In this document: piece by piece, positions 15,995-27,777 of the stretch | Numbering within the stretch: position 1 is the first letter of the stretch | How the letters are laid out: each line of letters starts with the position of its first letter | DNA from: Sphingomonadales bacterium | Lineage (GTDB): Bacteria > Pseudomonadota > Alphaproteobacteria > Sphingomonadales > Sphingomonadaceae | Length of the DNA stretch: 32,000 bases | Assembly: GCA_038229555.1 (NCBI GenBank) | Contig: JBBROI010000001.1 | Coordinates: 253,678-285,677, forward strand | Direction of reading: 5' to 3' | The notes under the pieces: model-generated | Told to the model about the DNA's origin: nothing | Database searches by the model: none | The model's input: the letters and a program-made list of their open reading frames with translations, nothing else | Translations under genes and position numbers: made by a program

Positions 15995-17314
15995 ATGAGC
16001 AAGACCCTTCAGCGCCCGCGCGGCACCCAGGACATGATCGGCGAGCAGGCAGCGCGGTTCGACCATGTCATCGAGACGTTCAACCGGGTGCGCAAGCTGT
16101 ACGGCTTCGGGCGGGTCGAAGTGCCGGTGTTCGAGGCGACGAGCGTGTTCTCGCGGTCGCTCGGCGAGACCACCGATGTGGTGTCGAAGGAGATGTATTC
16201 GTTCGAGGACCGCGGCGGCGATTCGCTCACCCTGCGCCCGGAGTTCACGGCGGGCATTGCGCGGGCGTATATCGAAAACGGCTGGCAGCAGCACGCGCCC
16301 ATGAAGCTCGCCACTTGGGGGCCGCTGTTCCGCTACGAACGCCCGCAAAAGGGCCGGTTCCGGCAGTTCCACCAGCTCGACGCCGAGGTGATCGGTGCCG
16401 CCGAACCCGCCGCCGATGTCGAGGTGATCGCGCTCGGGCAACAGGTGCTGGAGGAGTTGGGCGTTGCGGGCGACGTGGTGCTGCAGTTGAACACGATGGG
16501 CGACCCGGCGACCCGCGCGGCGTGGGCGGCGGCAACAACGGCGCACTTCACCGCCAACGCCGATGTGCTGAGCGAGGAGAGCAAGCGGCGGTTGACGGTC
16601 AACCCGCTGCGCATCCTCGATTCGAAGGAAGCGGCAGACCGTGAGTTGGTGGCGGCCGCTCCCGACATCACGGCGCACATGACCAGCGAGGCAGGCGCGT
16701 TTTTCGACAGCGTGGTGCGCGGGCTCGAGGCGTCGGGGATCGTTTGGGAACGCAACGCCCGGCTGGTGCGCGGGTTGGACTATTACCGCCACACGGTGTT
16801 CGAATTCGTGACGCAGGCGCTGGGATCGCAGGGGACGGTGATCGGCGGTGGGCGCTACGACGGGCTGATCGGCAGCATGGGCGGGCCGGAAACGCCCGCT
16901 GTGGGCTGGGCGGCGGGGGTCGAGCGGCTGGCAATGCTTGTTGACGTCACAGAGGCGCAATCAACGACCGTGGCAATCGTGATTGAGGACGACGAAGTTG
17001 GGGACGTTGGGCAAGCGTTCGCGAGGCAGCTTCGCCGAAGGGGGATAGCAGCGGAGATGTTTGCCGATGGGTCCGCGAAGAAGCGATTCGACAAGGCCAG
17101 GAAGGCAGACCCTTGGGCGATCATCACAATCGACGCGAAGGTGACCGAAAACGATCACGATGCGAACGCACGCTTTCGAATTTTGCGCAACCCTGAGATC
17201 GGTGAAACGATCGGCGGAGCTTTCGGCGAGGCTGTTGAGGCTGCGGTGTTCTTGGATCGATCGCTGCCGAGCTTCATGGGAGCTGTCGTGAGCGGGTTGC
17301 GTAGGCGACCATGA
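15995..17314 (+). CDS. hisS: Histidyl-tRNA synthetase
   Basis: RPRGTQDM, LRPEFTAGIARAYIENGW, RYERPQKGRFRQFHQLDAEVIG, LVRGLDYYRHTVFEF. Confidence 0.96.
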   Translation: MSKTLQRPRGTQDMIGEQAARFDHVIETFNRVRKLYGFGRVEVPVFEATSVFSRSLGETTDVVSKEMYSFEDRGGDSLTLRPEFTAGIARAYIENGWQQHAPMKLATWGPLFRYERPQKGRFRQFHQLDAEVIGAAEPAADVEVIALGQQVLEELGVAGDVVLQLNTMGDPATRAAWAAATTAHFTANADVLSEESKRRLTVNPLRILDSKEAADRELVAAAPDITAHMTSEAGAFFDSVVRGLEASGIVWERNARLVRGLDYYRHTVFEFVTQALGSQGTVIGGGRYDGLIGSMGGPETPAVGWAAGVERLAMLVDVTEAQSTTVAIVIEDDEVGDVGQAFARQLRRRGIAAEMFADGSAKKRFDKARKADPWAIITIDAKVTENDHDANARFRILRNPEIGETIGGAFGEAVEAAVFLDRSLPSFMGAVVSGLRRRP

Positions 17315-17387
17315 CAAGTTGGCGTGACAGCAGCCACCACAACGAGCGTCCTCTACCTTCTCTTCCCCGATGCGGGTAGGCGGCATT

Positions 17388-17534
17388 ATGGATAGAAAAT
17401 ACGTTACTATTGTTGTCGTAGTTCTGGCTATCACGGGTATTGGCTATGTCTTTTGGGATTATATGACGGTGGATCGCTGTTTTGATAACGGCGGGCGATG
17501 GGACAGTTCCCAAGGCGTGTGTGTTGGCGCATGA
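17388..17534 (+). CDS. Small single-pass membrane protein (48 aa)
   Basis: Read directly from sequence; below the ORF-track length cut-off. MDRKYVTIVVVVLAITGIGYVFWDYMTVDRCFDNGGRWDSSQGVCVGA: N-terminal hydrophobic helix plus a CxxxGGRW...C tail seen in small proteobacterial membrane proteins. Confidence 0.6.
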   Translation: MDRKYVTIVVVVLAITGIGYVFWDYMTVDRCFDNGGRWDSSQGVCVGA

Positions 17535-17622
17535 ATTATCTCCTCTATAGCTACAGTAGGATAAAGGGACTGACCCACCTCATCAGCGCGCGGGATGGCG
17601 AGGGTTGTGAGATTTCCGCCCG

Positions 17623-17690
17623 AAGCCCCCTCTCCCGGCTGACGCGAAGGGGCGTGAGCCCGACCTCTTCCCAAGTGGGAGAGGTGAAGG
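17623..17690. repeat. Palindromic intergenic element with short hairpins
   Basis: CCCCCTCTCCCGG...GAAGGGG...ACCTCTTCCCAAGTGGGAGAGGTGAAGGG; the 3' part folds as ACCTCT(T)CCC/GGGAGAGGT. Confidence 0.5.
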
Positions 17691-17743
17691 GTCGCGGGAC
17701 AGCGCGGGCCATCGCGCGGCAGGCTAGCTGGCTGTAAGGATCA

Positions 17744-18145
17744 ATGGCGATGCGATATTATCATGGCGTGGTCCACAAGGACGCCGACAGCGCCTTCGGC
17801 GTTCATTTCCCCGATCTGCCGGGCTGCTTTTCGGCGGCCGACAGCATCGACGCGGTCATCCCGAACGCCACCGAGGCGCTGGCGCTGTGGTTCGAGGACA
17901 ATGAAACTGCCGCCGAGCCGCAGCCGGTCGAGGCCATCCGGGAGGCAGCCGCGGACGATCTGGCTGAGGGCGCATTCCTCGTGATGGTACCGTGGATCGG
18001 TCGCGGCGGACGCCCGGCGCGGGTGAATATCTCGCTCGACCGCGCCGTGCTCAGCGCTATCGACAGCGCAGCGGCGGGGCGGCGGCTTAGTCGGTCGGCG
18101 TTCATCGCCCAGGCCGCCCGCAACGAAATCGAGGGGCAACGGTAA
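17744..18145 (+). CDS. HicB-family antitoxin-like protein
   Basis: [45 protein letters not shown] (HicB N-terminal fold) plus C-terminal [36 protein letters not shown] (RHH-like DNA-binding region). Confidence 0.88.
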   Translation: MAMRYYHGVVHKDADSAFGVHFPDLPGCFSAADSIDAVIPNATEALALWFEDNETAAEPQPVEAIREAAADDLAEGAFLVMVPWIGRGGRPARVNISLDRAVLSAIDSAAAGRRLSRSAFIAQAARNEIEGQR

Positions 18146-18146
18146 G

Positions 18147-19207
<1,061 letters not shown>

Positions 19208-19211
<4 letters not shown>

Positions 19212-20011
19212 ACGCGGCCGTCGCCCTTCTCGCTGCGTCGAAACGTATCGACCGGCTCGATGCCGAAATCCTGCTGGCGCATCTTGCGGGGGTGGACCGG
19301 ATGACCCTCCTCACCGGCCCCAATATCGAGATCGACGAAGTCGCATACGATGCGCTGGTCGCTCGCCGCGCGGCGCACGAACCCGTCGCCTACATCACCG
19401 GCCACCGTGAATTCTGGTCACTCGACATCGCCGTCACTCCCGACGTGCTGATCCCCCGCCCCGATTCGGAAACGCTGATCGAGGCCGCAAAGGCAGCGCG
19501 GGGCGACCATGCCCCGGCGACGGTTCTCGATCTCGGCACTGGATCGGGGGCGCTGCTGCTGGCGGCGCTCAGCGAATGGCCGCGCGCGCGGGGGTTGGGG
19601 ATCGACCGCTCGGCGGCGGCGCTGGCGGTGGCGCGGGGCAATGCCGACCGGTTGGGCTTTGGCCGCCGCACCGCGTTTCAGGCGGGCGACTGGGCACGTG
19701 GCGTCACCGAGCGTTTCGATCTTGTCCTCGCCAACCCGCCCTATGTCGAAGACGGCGCGATACTCGCCCCCGATGTCGGCGATTTCGAACCGGCGAGCGC
19801 GCTGTTCGCCGGGGCCGACGGCCTCGACGCCTATCGCGATCTCGTCCCGCAGCTTCCCGGGCTGCTCAACCCCAGCGGCGTCGCGGTGGTGGAAATTGGC
19901 GCGACGCAGGCCGACGGGGTCGCCGACCTGATGGCCGCTGCCGGGCTGACATCGACGCTGCGGCGCGATCTTGCCGGGCATGACCGCTGCCTGATCGCGC
20001 GACGGACCTGA
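19208..20011 (+). CDS. prmC: Release factor glutamine N5-methyltransferase
   Basis: [30 protein letters not shown] (NPPY motif); overlaps prfA by GTGA. Confidence 0.93.
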
Positions 20012-20084
20012 CGTCGCGCGGTCTGGCACGCCCGCGCGGAGATCGCTGTTCAACCCGCCGCAACCTTGGGCTACACGTACCGCC

Positions 20085-21737
20085 GTGTTGACCCTCCTCG
20101 ATATCGCCAATGTCGTGCTGATCGAGCAATTGACGCTCGAATTCGGTTCCGGGCTGGGCGTGCTGACCGGCGAGACGGGGGCGGGCAAGTCGATCCTGCT
20201 CGATGCGCTCGGGCTGGCGCTTGGCGGGCGCGGCGATGCTTCACTGGTGCGCGCCGGGGCCGATGCGGCGCGGGTGACTGCCGAATTCGCCGTCGGGGCC
20301 GACCATGCGGCGCGGGTGCTCCTGCGTGACAATGATCTCGACGCCAGCGACGACACCATCATTGTCCGCCGTCAGGTCAAGGCCGATGGCGGCAGCCGCG
20401 CCTTCGTCAACGATCAGCCGGTGTCGGCGGCTCTGCTGCGCGATCTCGGCGCGGCGCTCGTCGAGGTGCATGGCCAGTCGGACGATCGCGGGCTGTTGTC
20501 GGCGAAGGGGCACCGCGCGCTGCTCGATAGTTTCGGACGGCTCGATACGGCGGGCGTAGCAGCGGCGTGGACGGCATGGCGTGCCGCCGAAGCGGCCTAT
20601 ACTGAAGCGCTTGCGGCGCTCGCCGCCGATCGCGCCGACCGCGATTGGCTCGACCATGCGCTGGCCGAACTGACCGCGCTCGCTCCCGAACCCGGCGAAG
20701 AGGCGGCGCTCGCTGAAGAACGTGCGGCGATGCAGAAGGGCGCGCGGCTCGCCGATGATCTGGAGGCAGTAACGGGCTTGGTTGGCGGTGCAGCGGGTGG
20801 CGTGGCGCAACTGGCACAGGCGGCGCGGCGGCTCGACCGGGTCGCGGGCGAACATGATCTGCTGGCGGCAGCCCTCGCCAGCCTCGACCGGGCGCTCGTC
20901 GAAGCGGGTGAGGCCGAATCCGCGCTGGCGGCGGCGGCGCGGGCGCTCGATGCCGATCCGGCGCGGCTCGACGCGGCCGAGGCACGACTGTTCGAACTGC
21001 GGGCGGCGGCGCGCAAACATCGCATCGAACCCGAAGCGCTGCCGGGGCTGGCGGCGCAGCTTGCGGCGCGGGCGGACGCGCTGACGTTGGGCGAAGATGC
21101 GCTGGCCGGGTTGGCGGCGGCGGTTGCGGCGGCGCGTGACGCCTATGTGGCGAAGGCCGAGGCGCTGCGGGCGGCGCGCGCCGCAGCGGGGGCGAGGCTC
21201 GATGCCGCGATGGCCGACGAACTGGCACCGTTGAAGCTCGATGCCGCGCGCTTCCGCACCGTCGTCGCGGCACTGCCCGAGGGCCAATGGGGACCGGGCG
21301 GCGGCGACCGCATCGAGTTCGAGATTTCGACCAACCCCGGCGCGCCGTTCGGGCCGTTGGTCAAGATCGCCAGTGGTGGCGAGCTGTCGCGCTTCGTGCT
21401 GGCGCTCAAGGTCGCGCTCGCCGAAACCGGCAGCGCGGGAACGCTGGTGTTCGACGAGATCGACCGCGGGGTGGGTGGAGCCGTCGCCAGCGCGATCGGC
21501 GAACGGCTGGCCCGGTTGGCGCAGACGACGCAGGTGCTCGTCGTCACCCACAGCCCGCAGGTCGCCGCACGCGGGGGCAACCATTGGCGGATTGCCAAAT
21601 CGAGCGAAGGCACCGTCACCCGCACCGACGTCCGTCCGTTGGATACCGCCGCCCGCCGTGAAGAAATCGCCCGGATGCTGTCGGGAGCCGAAGTCACCGA
21701 CGAGGCGCGGGCGCAGGCGGCGCGGTTATTGGGGTAG
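20085..21737 (+). CDS. recN: DNA repair protein RecN
   Basis: MLTLLDIANVVLIEQLTLEFGSGLGVLTGETGAGKSILLDALGLALGGRG (Walker A) and VFDEIDRGVGGAVASAIGERL (Walker B). Confidence 0.95.
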   Translation: MLTLLDIANVVLIEQLTLEFGSGLGVLTGETGAGKSILLDALGLALGGRGDASLVRAGADAARVTAEFAVGADHAARVLLRDNDLDASDDTIIVRRQVKADGGSRAFVNDQPVSAALLRDLGAALVEVHGQSDDRGLLSAKGHRALLDSFGRLDTAGVAAAWTAWRAAEAAYTEALAALAADRADRDWLDHALAELTALAPEPGEEAALAEERAAMQKGARLADDLEAVTGLVGGAAGGVAQLAQAARRLDRVAGEHDLLAAALASLDRALVEAGEAESALAAAARALDADPARLDAAEARLFELRAAARKHRIEPEALPGLAAQLAARADALTLGEDALAGLAAAVAAARDAYVAKAEALRAARAAAGARLDAAMADELAPLKLDAARFRTVVAALPEGQWGPGGGDRIEFEISTNPGAPFGPLVKIASGGELSRFVLALKVALAETGSAGTLVFDEIDRGVGGAVASAIGERLARLAQTTQVLVVTHSPQVAARGGNHWRIAKSSEGTVTRTDVRPLDTAARREEIARMLSGAEVTDEARAQAARLLG

Positions 21738-21749
21738 CAAAGGATCGAC

Positions 21750-22748
21750 ATGGTCAAAGCAATGTGGATGGTGCGAGCAGGTCGCGGCGGCATTTATGCA
21801 GCCGATTTCCTTGACAACAACTATGTCGGCATCGGCTGGCGCGACGGTGGCGATCCGACGGCTGTTACCGACAAGGCAGACCTCGTCAGGCGATTTGCTT
21901 CAGCTTGGCCGGAAGCTACCGAACAAAGCCGCTTCGTCAGCGCCAGCATCGTCTTTCGTTTCGTTCGAGAAGTTTCGGTCGGCGACGATGTCATCACCTA
22001 CGATCCGGCGATACGAACCTATCATACCGGCGTCATCGCCAGCGGACCGGAATGGAGCGGTGACCCTGAGGATTACCGAAACACGCAACGCCGTGTGACT
22101 TGGTCGGGAACCGTGCTTCGGGACAGGCTGGGCGTTGCTGCACGCAATACTCTTGGTGCGACCCTGACACTGTTCCTGCTGCCGCCGGCAGTCGCCGAGG
22201 AAATTCGCACAGCAAGCGCCGAGAAGGATACGACAAATTTGGTAAGCGAGCAGATTGCGGCGGCTCCCGATGGTGATCTGTTCGCGGATATCGCCGATGT
22301 TGCGCTGGAGCGCATCAAGGACCGCATCGTTCGGCTCGATTGGGAACAGATGCAGGAGCTGGTTGCAGCGTTGCTGCGGTCGATGGGGTATCAAACCCGC
22401 ATTTCACCGCGCGGTGCCGATCGCGGGCGCGACATACTCGCGTCGCCCGATGCGTTTGGCTTCACCGCCCCGCGCATCACTGTTGAGGTCAAACACCGTC
22501 CGAAGGAATCGATGGGTGCACCGCATGTTCGTGCCTTGGCGGCTGGCAGTCATGCGGACGACCGCTGTCTGTTCGTCAGTACCGGCGGCTTCGGCAAAGA
22601 GGCGAAATACGAAGCCGAGCGTAGCCGGACGATTATCACCCTGATGAACCTCGACGATTTGGCGCGAGCGATCATTGAGGCCTATCCGCGCTTCGACGAG
22701 CAAGGCAGGACGTTGTTGCCGCTGACGAGAATGTACTGGCCGAGTTGA
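21750..22748 (+). CDS. Mrr-type restriction endonuclease-like protein (PD-(D/E)xK) with distinct N-terminal domain
   Basis: C-terminal MQELVAALLRSMGYQTRISPRGADRGRDILASPDAF...ITVEVKHRPKESMGAPHVRALAAG...LFVSTGGFGKEAKYEA matches the Mrr catalytic layout (D...ExK). N-terminal MWMVRAGRGGIYAADFLDNNYVGIGW. Confidence 0.85.
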   Translation: MVKAMWMVRAGRGGIYAADFLDNNYVGIGWRDGGDPTAVTDKADLVRRFASAWPEATEQSRFVSASIVFRFVREVSVGDDVITYDPAIRTYHTGVIASGPEWSGDPEDYRNTQRRVTWSGTVLRDRLGVAARNTLGATLTLFLLPPAVAEEIRTASAEKDTTNLVSEQIAAAPDGDLFADIADVALERIKDRIVRLDWEQMQELVAALLRSMGYQTRISPRGADRGRDILASPDAFGFTAPRITVEVKHRPKESMGAPHVRALAAGSHADDRCLFVSTGGFGKEAKYEAERSRTIITLMNLDDLARAIIEAYPRFDEQGRTLLPLTRMYWPS

Positions 22749-22807
22749 ATAGGCGGCCCGACGCGCCGATGACTACGTCGCGCGACTAGAACATGGGTTA
22801 AATAGCG

Positions 22808-23002
22808 ATGACTAACGAAGATGGCCTTAGTACCAATTCAACGCGACCGGAGCAGCTAACGCCGGGGGCTGAAGCCGTACCGACGACACAACACCCTCAG
22901 CGCCGCGCTGGCCGACTTAAAGGACAAATTTGGTTTGCGCCGGATTGGGACGATCCGGCCACCGACGTGCTTGCCAGCGTCGACGCGCCGCTGTGGCCGT
23001 GA
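22808..23002 (+). CDS. Small protein with Phd/YefM-antitoxin-like C-terminal tail
   Basis: RRAGRLKGQIWFAPDWDDPATDVLAS resembles the C-terminal tail of Phd-type antitoxins (G.LKG.IW...DFD.P..D.L). The expected N-terminal Phd DNA-binding domain is missing. Overlaps the next gene by GTGA. Confidence 0.4.
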   Translation: MTNEDGLSTNSTRPEQLTPGAEAVPTTQHPQRRAGRLKGQIWFAPDWDDPATDVLASVDAPLWP

Positions 23003-23418
23003 TCCCAACCCGCGCCATCGCGCGTTGGCTCCTCACCATCGCCTATCTGGCCGTCGGGGCTTTGCACCTGATGCGGCCGGAAACCTTTCTCGCCATCATG
23101 CCCGACTGGGTGCCGTTTCCGCTCCAAACAGTCCAGATCACCGGGGTTTGCGAAATCCTTGGCGCCATCGGCCTGACCATTCCTCGGCTGCGCTGGCTGT
23201 CGGGGGTCATGCTCGCCGCCTATGCGGTGTGTGTCTTCCCGGCCAATATCCATCATGCGCTCGATAGCGTCGCGATCGGTGGGACGACGCTCGGCTGGAG
23301 CTATCATGGCCCTCGCCTGCTGCTTCAGCCGGTGATTGTCTGGTGGGCGCTGTTTGCCGGTGGGGTGACAGACTGGCCCTTCCGTCGGCGCGTCAGTGGT
23401 ACGCAAAGCCGAAGTTGA
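22999..23418 (+). CDS. DoxX-like small integral membrane protein
   Basis: ARWLLTIAYLAVGALHLMRPETFLAIMPDWVPFPLQTVQITGVCEILGAIGLTIPRLRWLSGVMLAAYAVCVFPANIHHAL; likely GTG start at 22999. Confidence 0.75.
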   Translation: MIPTRAIARWLLTIAYLAVGALHLMRPETFLAIMPDWVPFPLQTVQITGVCEILGAIGLTIPRLRWLSGVMLAAYAVCVFPANIHHALDSVAIGGTTLGWSYHGPRLLLQPVIVWWALFAGGVTDWPFRRRVSGTQSRS

Positions 23419-24400
23419 TCGATCCGAACTGCGATGCGTCGCGCTGGCCATGGAATTCGCGAGTGCGATAGACATGGGTGAATGACAGGCGAAAGCCGCG
23501 ATAGGTCATGGCGATCCCGGCGTCGAAATCGGCGACCCACGGAATCTTTTCGACATGCGGGCCATCGCGAAAACTGTTGCCGTCGAGGAACAGGTTGCGC
23601 GCCACGCCGCGACCATCGACCCCAGCAAAGGCAAAGATGGCGATGCCGTCGCGGTACTGAAAATACCCTGAGCCGGGTAGCGCTGGATCGATGCGCGGCT
23701 CGCCCAGATCGGGGAGATCGGTGCCGATGCGCAGCGTCGCGCCGGCATCGGCATAGGTATAGACATTGCCGACGGCGAACCCCGCGTGTGGCGTCAGATC
23801 GGCGGTAAGGCCGAGCAGCCTAACCGGTATCAACCGGTCGCTGCGCCGATAGGTGAGCACGATCCCGGGTTCGTTGCGCAATTGATACTGCCAGCCCTTG
23901 GGCTGCGGCACGCCGATCAGCCCATGATAGGCGATTTGCGTATCACCGGCGAGCGATGCCGGGCCGACGATGCCCAGCGTCAGTTGCAATTGGTCGAGCC
24001 GCCGCCCGTCGCCGTGCGACGGCGCAATGCCGGTCGCACCGAAGGAGACATAGGTAAACCCGGCATAGGGCCGGTCGCTCGGGTCGGGTCGCCGCCGGGA
24101 GATATCCGTCGGTGTAAACATGCTCTGCCCAAATGCCGTTTCGAAGCGAACCTTGCTGTTGGCAGCAAAAAGCGGAAGCTTCGCGGGGTTGAGGAACAGC
24201 CAGAATGGCCGCTTGCCGAGCGGTTGCATCACCGCTAGCCGCAGGCCATTGGTATAGCCTTGGTCCTGATGGCTGCCGCCGAAAAAGTCATTTTCGACGG
24301 TGAAGCTGATGAAGCCGCGGTCGTCGTCGTTGACCGGTGCCGCCAGCGCAGGCGCTGCCGATAGCGCCAGCACAACCCACGCAGTGAACTTCGTCATCAT
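23393..24400 (-). CDS. LpxR-like outer membrane lipid A deacylase family protein (DUF2219-like)
   Basis: Signal peptide, then GFISFTVENDFFGGSHQDQGYTNGLRLAV, SDRPYAGFTYVSFG, C-terminal INFGFAYH ending in aromatic-rich beta-barrel sequence. Confidence 0.85.
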   Translation of the reverse strand: MMTKFTAWVVLALSAAPALAAPVNDDDRGFISFTVENDFFGGSHQDQGYTNGLRLAVMQPLGKRPFWLFLNPAKLPLFAANSKVRFETAFGQSMFTPTDISRRRPDPSDRPYAGFTYVSFGATGIAPSHGDGRRLDQLQLTLGIVGPASLAGDTQIAYHGLIGVPQPKGWQYQLRNEPGIVLTYRRSDRLIPVRLLGLTADLTPHAGFAVGNVYTYADAGATLRIGTDLPDLGEPRIDPALPGSGYFQYRDGIAIFAFAGVDGRGVARNLFLDGNSFRDGPHVEKIPWVADFDAGIAMTYRGFRLSFTHVYRTREFHGQRDASQFGSINFGFAYH

Positions 24401-24439
24401 GGCCCCGCAGCGATTGCCCCGTGGCGAAAGCTACCGTGA

Positions 24440-26554
<2,115 letters not shown>

Positions 26555-26729
26555 CGCCGGCCCTTTGCGAGGAGGGCGGAGGAGCAGAAGTGGAAATGAC
26601 GAATTTGTTTCGGCTATGCATTTTGCGCATGGCTGCCCCGAACTTCGCCGCACTGCACAATGGAGCGCGACTCAGTTAGATCGGCTTCACCGCAGGGGTT
26701 GTCCCGGCGGGATGAAGAGGAGAAGCGCG

Positions 26730-26882
26730 ATGAAGATCGTCCTTCAGGCGTTCGAACCGCTGCCGCAGCCGTTCGCGATGACGTCAAAATTGAATGTGGG
26801 TGCCAATCCGGTTCGCAAGCCGATGCTGCGCCTTACACCTGCCGTCGCCGACGGCCGGTTGTTCCACGCGTGGCGGGCCTAA
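26730..26882 (+). CDS. Candidate small ORF of unknown function (50 aa)
   Basis: MKIVLQAFEPLPQPFAMTSKLNVGANPVRKPMLRLTPAVADGRLFHAWRA with GAGGAGAAGCGCG upstream as a possible RBS; overlaps the 3' end of prmA antisense. Confidence 0.25.
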   Translation: MKIVLQAFEPLPQPFAMTSKLNVGANPVRKPMLRLTPAVADGRLFHAWRA

Positions 26883-27777
26883 CCGGTCGCGTTAGCACCA
26901 GCGTCGGCCATTCGCCGCGCGGGTGCTGATGCTTTGGTATCAGCCCATGCCGTCGATACGCAGCGCGCACCCTGAGTGCCTGGAAATCGAGCAGCCCCGC
27001 AAGGATAAGATCGCCGCCCGGTGCCACTGCTCGGGCGATCTCGCGGCTCATCGCCACAAGCGGACCCGCCAGAATATTCGCCGTCACTAGCGTGTATGGC
27101 CCACGCGCCGCGATCCGGCGGTTCGCCATTCCGGTTGCCACAGCCAGTTCGATATGTCCCGCAGCACGCCCGCGCATTACTCGGTTGATAACCAGATTGG
27201 CGCGCGTCACCGTCACCGATACCGGATCGATATCGCTGGCAATGATCGCTGCGTCGGGCCAGGCGCGCGCCGCCGCAATCGCCAGCACGCCGCTGCCGGT
27301 GCCGAGATCGAGGATGTTGCGCCGTCGCCGCCCCTTGGCGAGCCGGTCGAGCGCTTGCAGACAGCCGTGGGTCGTCGCGTGCTGCCCGGTGCCGAACGCC
27401 AGCCCAGCCTCGATATCGATCGCCCAGTCACCCGGCCGCACTGCATCGGCATGAGCGGGCGTATGCACCAGAAACCGCCCGGCGCGCACCGGTTCGAGCC
27501 CGCGCTGGCTGAGCGTTGTCCAGTCGTCATCCGGCAGTTCTTCGAGCGTCCCACGTCCCGCCGCCGATGGCGCAAGGGCTTCGACCCGCGTCAGGACGTC
27601 CGCCGTCGGTTCGCCGTCGAAATAGGCCGCCAGCAGCCAATCATCGGGTCGATCGGGGTCGGGTTCGTCGACCAGCAGCGTCGGCGGCGACGGCAGATCG
27701 TCGAACAGATCGGCGGCGTCGGGCAGCGCTTCGGCCTCGGCGCGGGTCGCGGCAAGGGTGTATTTCCACCCGCTCAC
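26833..27777 (-). CDS. prmA: Ribosomal protein L11 methyltransferase
   Basis: FGTGQHATTHGCLQALDRL...[35 protein letters not shown]...VTANILAGPLVAM. Start assigned to the GTG at 27777, overlapping the upstream SDR stop (GTGA); the longer ORF track reading is not supported. Confidence 0.9.
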   Translation of the reverse strand: MSGWKYTLAATRAEAEALPDAADLFDDLPSPPTLLVDEPDPDRPDDWLLAAYFDGEPTADVLTRVEALAPSAAGRGTLEELPDDDWTTLSQRGLEPVRAGRFLVHTPAHADAVRPGDWAIDIEAGLAFGTGQHATTHGCLQALDRLAKGRRRRNILDLGTGSGVLAIAAARAWPDAAIIASDIDPVSVTVTRANLVINRVMRGRAAGHIELAVATGMANRRIAARGPYTLVTANILAGPLVAMSREIARAVAPGGDLILAGLLDFQALRVRAAYRRHGLIPKHQHPRGEWPTLVLTRPVRPATRGTTGRRRRQV

